NCBI GenBank assembly: GCA_009859145.1
Contig: VRVR01000007.1
Span: 124,001-188,000, forward strand
DNA length: 64,000 nucleotides
Direction: 5' to 3'
Source: Andalucia godoyi And28
Lineage: Eukaryota > Protista > Jakobida
Shown: piece by piece, positions 62,111 to 64,000 of the stretch
Layout: every line of letters starts with the position of its first letter
How positions within the stretch are numbered: the stretch's first letter is position 1
Notes under the pieces: model-generated
Seen by the model: the letters and a program-made list of their open reading frames with translations, nothing else
Database searches by the model: none
What the model was told of the DNA's origin: nothing
Translations under genes and position numbers: made by a program

Positions 62111-62635
62111 TCACTGCAGCGTGTATCCTAGCGCTTCGAGGTCCTTGTAGATTTGGTTCATGAGGAAGATGCGTTTCCTGCGCAGCATGGTTGCTCCGTC
62201 AATGACACGAATGATCTGGATATGCAGTTCGCGGGCAACAACTGCGACCTTGTCTGTGTCCGCAGCCGCAGATGCATGTGCAAGCTCTTCGGAAGCTGCT
62301 TCCGGATTGGAAGCTGCAAAATCCGCCGGTTCGCAAGGAAGCAGCTCGTCCAGTCGTTCGACCGAGATCGATGGCAGTTCAGGGCAGTACGCCGTCCTGA
62401 ACTTGTCCAGATAGTTCAAAAGCTCAAAATCATGCGACGCATTGACGGTTATCACTCGGATCACTTCCGACAGCAGAGTCTTACATTCTTCAATCGAGTA
62501 AAGCCGCGGTCCATGCAGCTCAACCCGAGACACAAGATCGGACCGGCAGTCCGATAGCGTGAACCCTTCAATCGACCCGTCGTCCAGCTTCTTCCACCGA
62601 TGTGCAGAACCTCGCGCCGCACGTCTTGCACTCAT
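62111..62635 (-). CDS. Hypothetical protein (about 174 aa)
   Basis: ATG-initiated ORF with globular helical composition between flanking AT-rich spacers. Confidence 0.7.
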   Translation of the reverse strand: MSARRAARGSAHRWKKLDDGSIEGFTLSDCRSDLVSRVELHGPRLYSIEECKTLLSEVIRVITVNASHDFELLNYLDKFRTAYCPELPSISVERLDELLPCEPADFAASNPEAASEELAHASAAADTDKVAVVARELHIQIIRVIDGATMLRRKRIFLMNQIYKDLEALGYTLQ

Positions 62636-62839
62636 TCCAACAAGTCTTCCGCGCAACGATCAATAACAATCAATGTTTTAAAAAAAAACTCCTCATAGAA
62701 TATGAATTTCTGCTTATTACGATGATGATGATGGTACATATGCAAAAGGAATGATTGGGATCCAAGAGCGGTGCAAATCAAGAGTCAATTGATGCTTGAA
62801 AAAAAAAGGCCGGTTGGAACTTCTTCAGATGAAAATGGT

Positions 62840-62871
<32 letters not shown>

Positions 62872-63050
62872 ACTCTGTTCAGTGTCTTTTGATTTTGCGC
62901 ACAAATGGTACTTTTATAATCCTCTTTTGTGTATTTCCTTTTCTTTTTCTTTTCGTTTTCCCATTTGTCTTTTGATTTTTCTTGTTTTTGTTTTTGTTCT
63001 TCTGCGTTATATTATTCTCGCTGTTCCTTTTTCTTTTCTCTAGGTCTTGC

Positions 63051-63085
<35 letters not shown>

Positions 63086-63121
63086 TTCTCCCCGCTCTGG
63101 TGTTATTGGCGCGTGAGTTCC

Positions 63122-64000
63122 ATGGGCCAGTCTCTTTCTGTCAGTCCGGATGCGCTGAAGCTTGAAGATGTTTTGTCCTCAAAGTTCTCATCTTCTTCTT
63201 CGGCTTCGGTTTCATCTTCGTTCGCGACAGCTTCTGATGCGCCTGATGCTGCATCTCCAACACAGCTTTCTGAAAATTCAAGCGTGATTCGCGGCTGGAA
63301 ATTCTCGTTTTGTGCCTCGTCGTGTGAAATCAAAGTGGACTTGCTTGATTCTCTCCAGACATGCGACTCGGAGTGCATCGTTCTGGTCCATTCCTATGTC
63401 CCTGTTCTTGGTTCTGGCTGTCGCTCTGGCTCTGCGTCTGAGAGGACACCGAATACCTCAAAGCAACACAGTTCTTCTTTGGAAATCCTGGATAATACAA
63501 CGACGAATAATAATAACAGTGGCAGCAGCAACAAAAACAACAACAACAATAATAATAATAATAATAATAATGGTGGTGGTGGTGGTGGTGGTAGTAGTCG
63601 AAGTAGTAGCAGCGGTAATTCGAACGGCTCTGCGAGGGTTTCAGGGATTGTAGAGTCCTGCTCGGAATGCTATTCTCCACGAGGACTTAAGACACCGTTC
63701 AGTTGCATTCCTGGTACCTCGCACGCTTCTGGTCTACCCCGAGCGTGGAGACATGAGATTTATGTCTGGAATGGTCGGAAGTCGCTATCACTGATCAGAG
63801 CTTCGGCGCTGAGGAGGGCTTTTGAGCTCGAGAGGAAGCTTCTGGCAGATCAACATGCAAGCATAAGCCTTGTTTCTGCTTCAGGAAATGGCATTGTCCA
63901 CGTTGCCAACGACATCCAGCATGCAAAGGGGTCGCTGCTTGCTCTGAACGGACTTGTGCGGTCACTGACTTCTCTGTATCCTGCATGCGCTGGGAAGACT
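63122..64000 (+). CDS. Gelsolin-like domain protein with an N-myristoylation signal; runs off the window end
   Basis: Frame from ATG 63122 is open to 64000; starts MGQSLS; HEIYVWNGRKSLSLIRASALRRAFELE resembles a gelsolin repeat. Absent from the ORF track, probably because it has no stop within the window. Confidence 0.75.
   Translation, partial: MGQSLSVSPDALKLEDVLSSKFSSSSSASVSSSFATASDAPDAASPTQLSENSSVIRGWKFSFCASSCEIKVDLLDSLQTCDSECIVLVHSYVPVLGSGCRSGSASERTPNTSKQHSSSLEILDNTTTNNNNSGSSNKNNNNNNNNNNNNGGGGGGGSSRSSSSGNSNGSARVSGIVESCSECYSPRGLKTPFSCIPGTSHASGLPRAWRHEIYVWNGRKSLSLIRASALRRAFELERKLLADQHASISLVSASGNGIVHVANDIQHAKGSLLALNGLVRSLTSLYPACAGKT

Noticed and set aside
1-64000. Non-standard genetic code
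   Set aside because: TAA, TAG and TGA all terminate conserved genes at expected positions, and conserved domains have no internal stops.
1-64000. Hundreds of 60-260 aa ORFs in the track, e.g. 53858-55237 +, 27124-27831 +, 47528-48277 +, 39912-40592 +
   Set aside because: Antisense or alternative-frame shadows of real genes, or translations of microsatellites; no motifs.
1-64000. tRNA, rRNA, U2/U4/U5/U6, CRISPR arrays, transposases or viral genes
   Set aside because: No diagnostic motifs or repeat-spacer structure found on a by-eye scan; a covariance-model search is needed to exclude small RNAs.

Overview
Gene-dense eukaryotic (protist) nuclear DNA. About 30 protein-coding genes lie on both strands (roughly 1 per 2.1 kb). 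Short GT-AG introns (about 60-240 nt) are sparse, intergenic spacers are microsatellite-rich, and the genetic code appears standard. The organism looks flagellated (CFAP57) and mitochondriate (MTO1/GidA, Romo1/Mgr2). Recognisable genes: PTEN/C2-type formin, MTO1, TRAPPC5, HSP20, an AGC kinase, an isochorismatase-family hydrolase, a very long histone H3 variant (probably CenH3), a stand-alone tRNA-binding protein, a Zn2Cys6 factor, an ARK-like kinesin, a TRAPPC12-like TPR protein, TONSL/TONSOKU, MCTS1, Romo1, ECT/PCYT2, a CEPT-type phosphotransferase, DUF1761, CFAP57 and SVIP. The ORF track misses or only partly captures several features found by reading the sequence: a U1 snRNA gene, Romo1, a spliced membrane-protein gene at the left edge and a gelsolin-like gene at the right edge. 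Best leads: (1) two consecutive CDP-ethanolamine pathway genes sit tail-to-tail; (2) a shortened U1 snRNA lacks the U1A-binding loop; (3) a 469-aa H3 variant carries internal H3-tail-like motifs; (4) a 2.1-kaa membrane protein contains a D-x14-[W/Y]R repeat I do not recognise. All family assignments come from motif recognition by eye; no searches were run.
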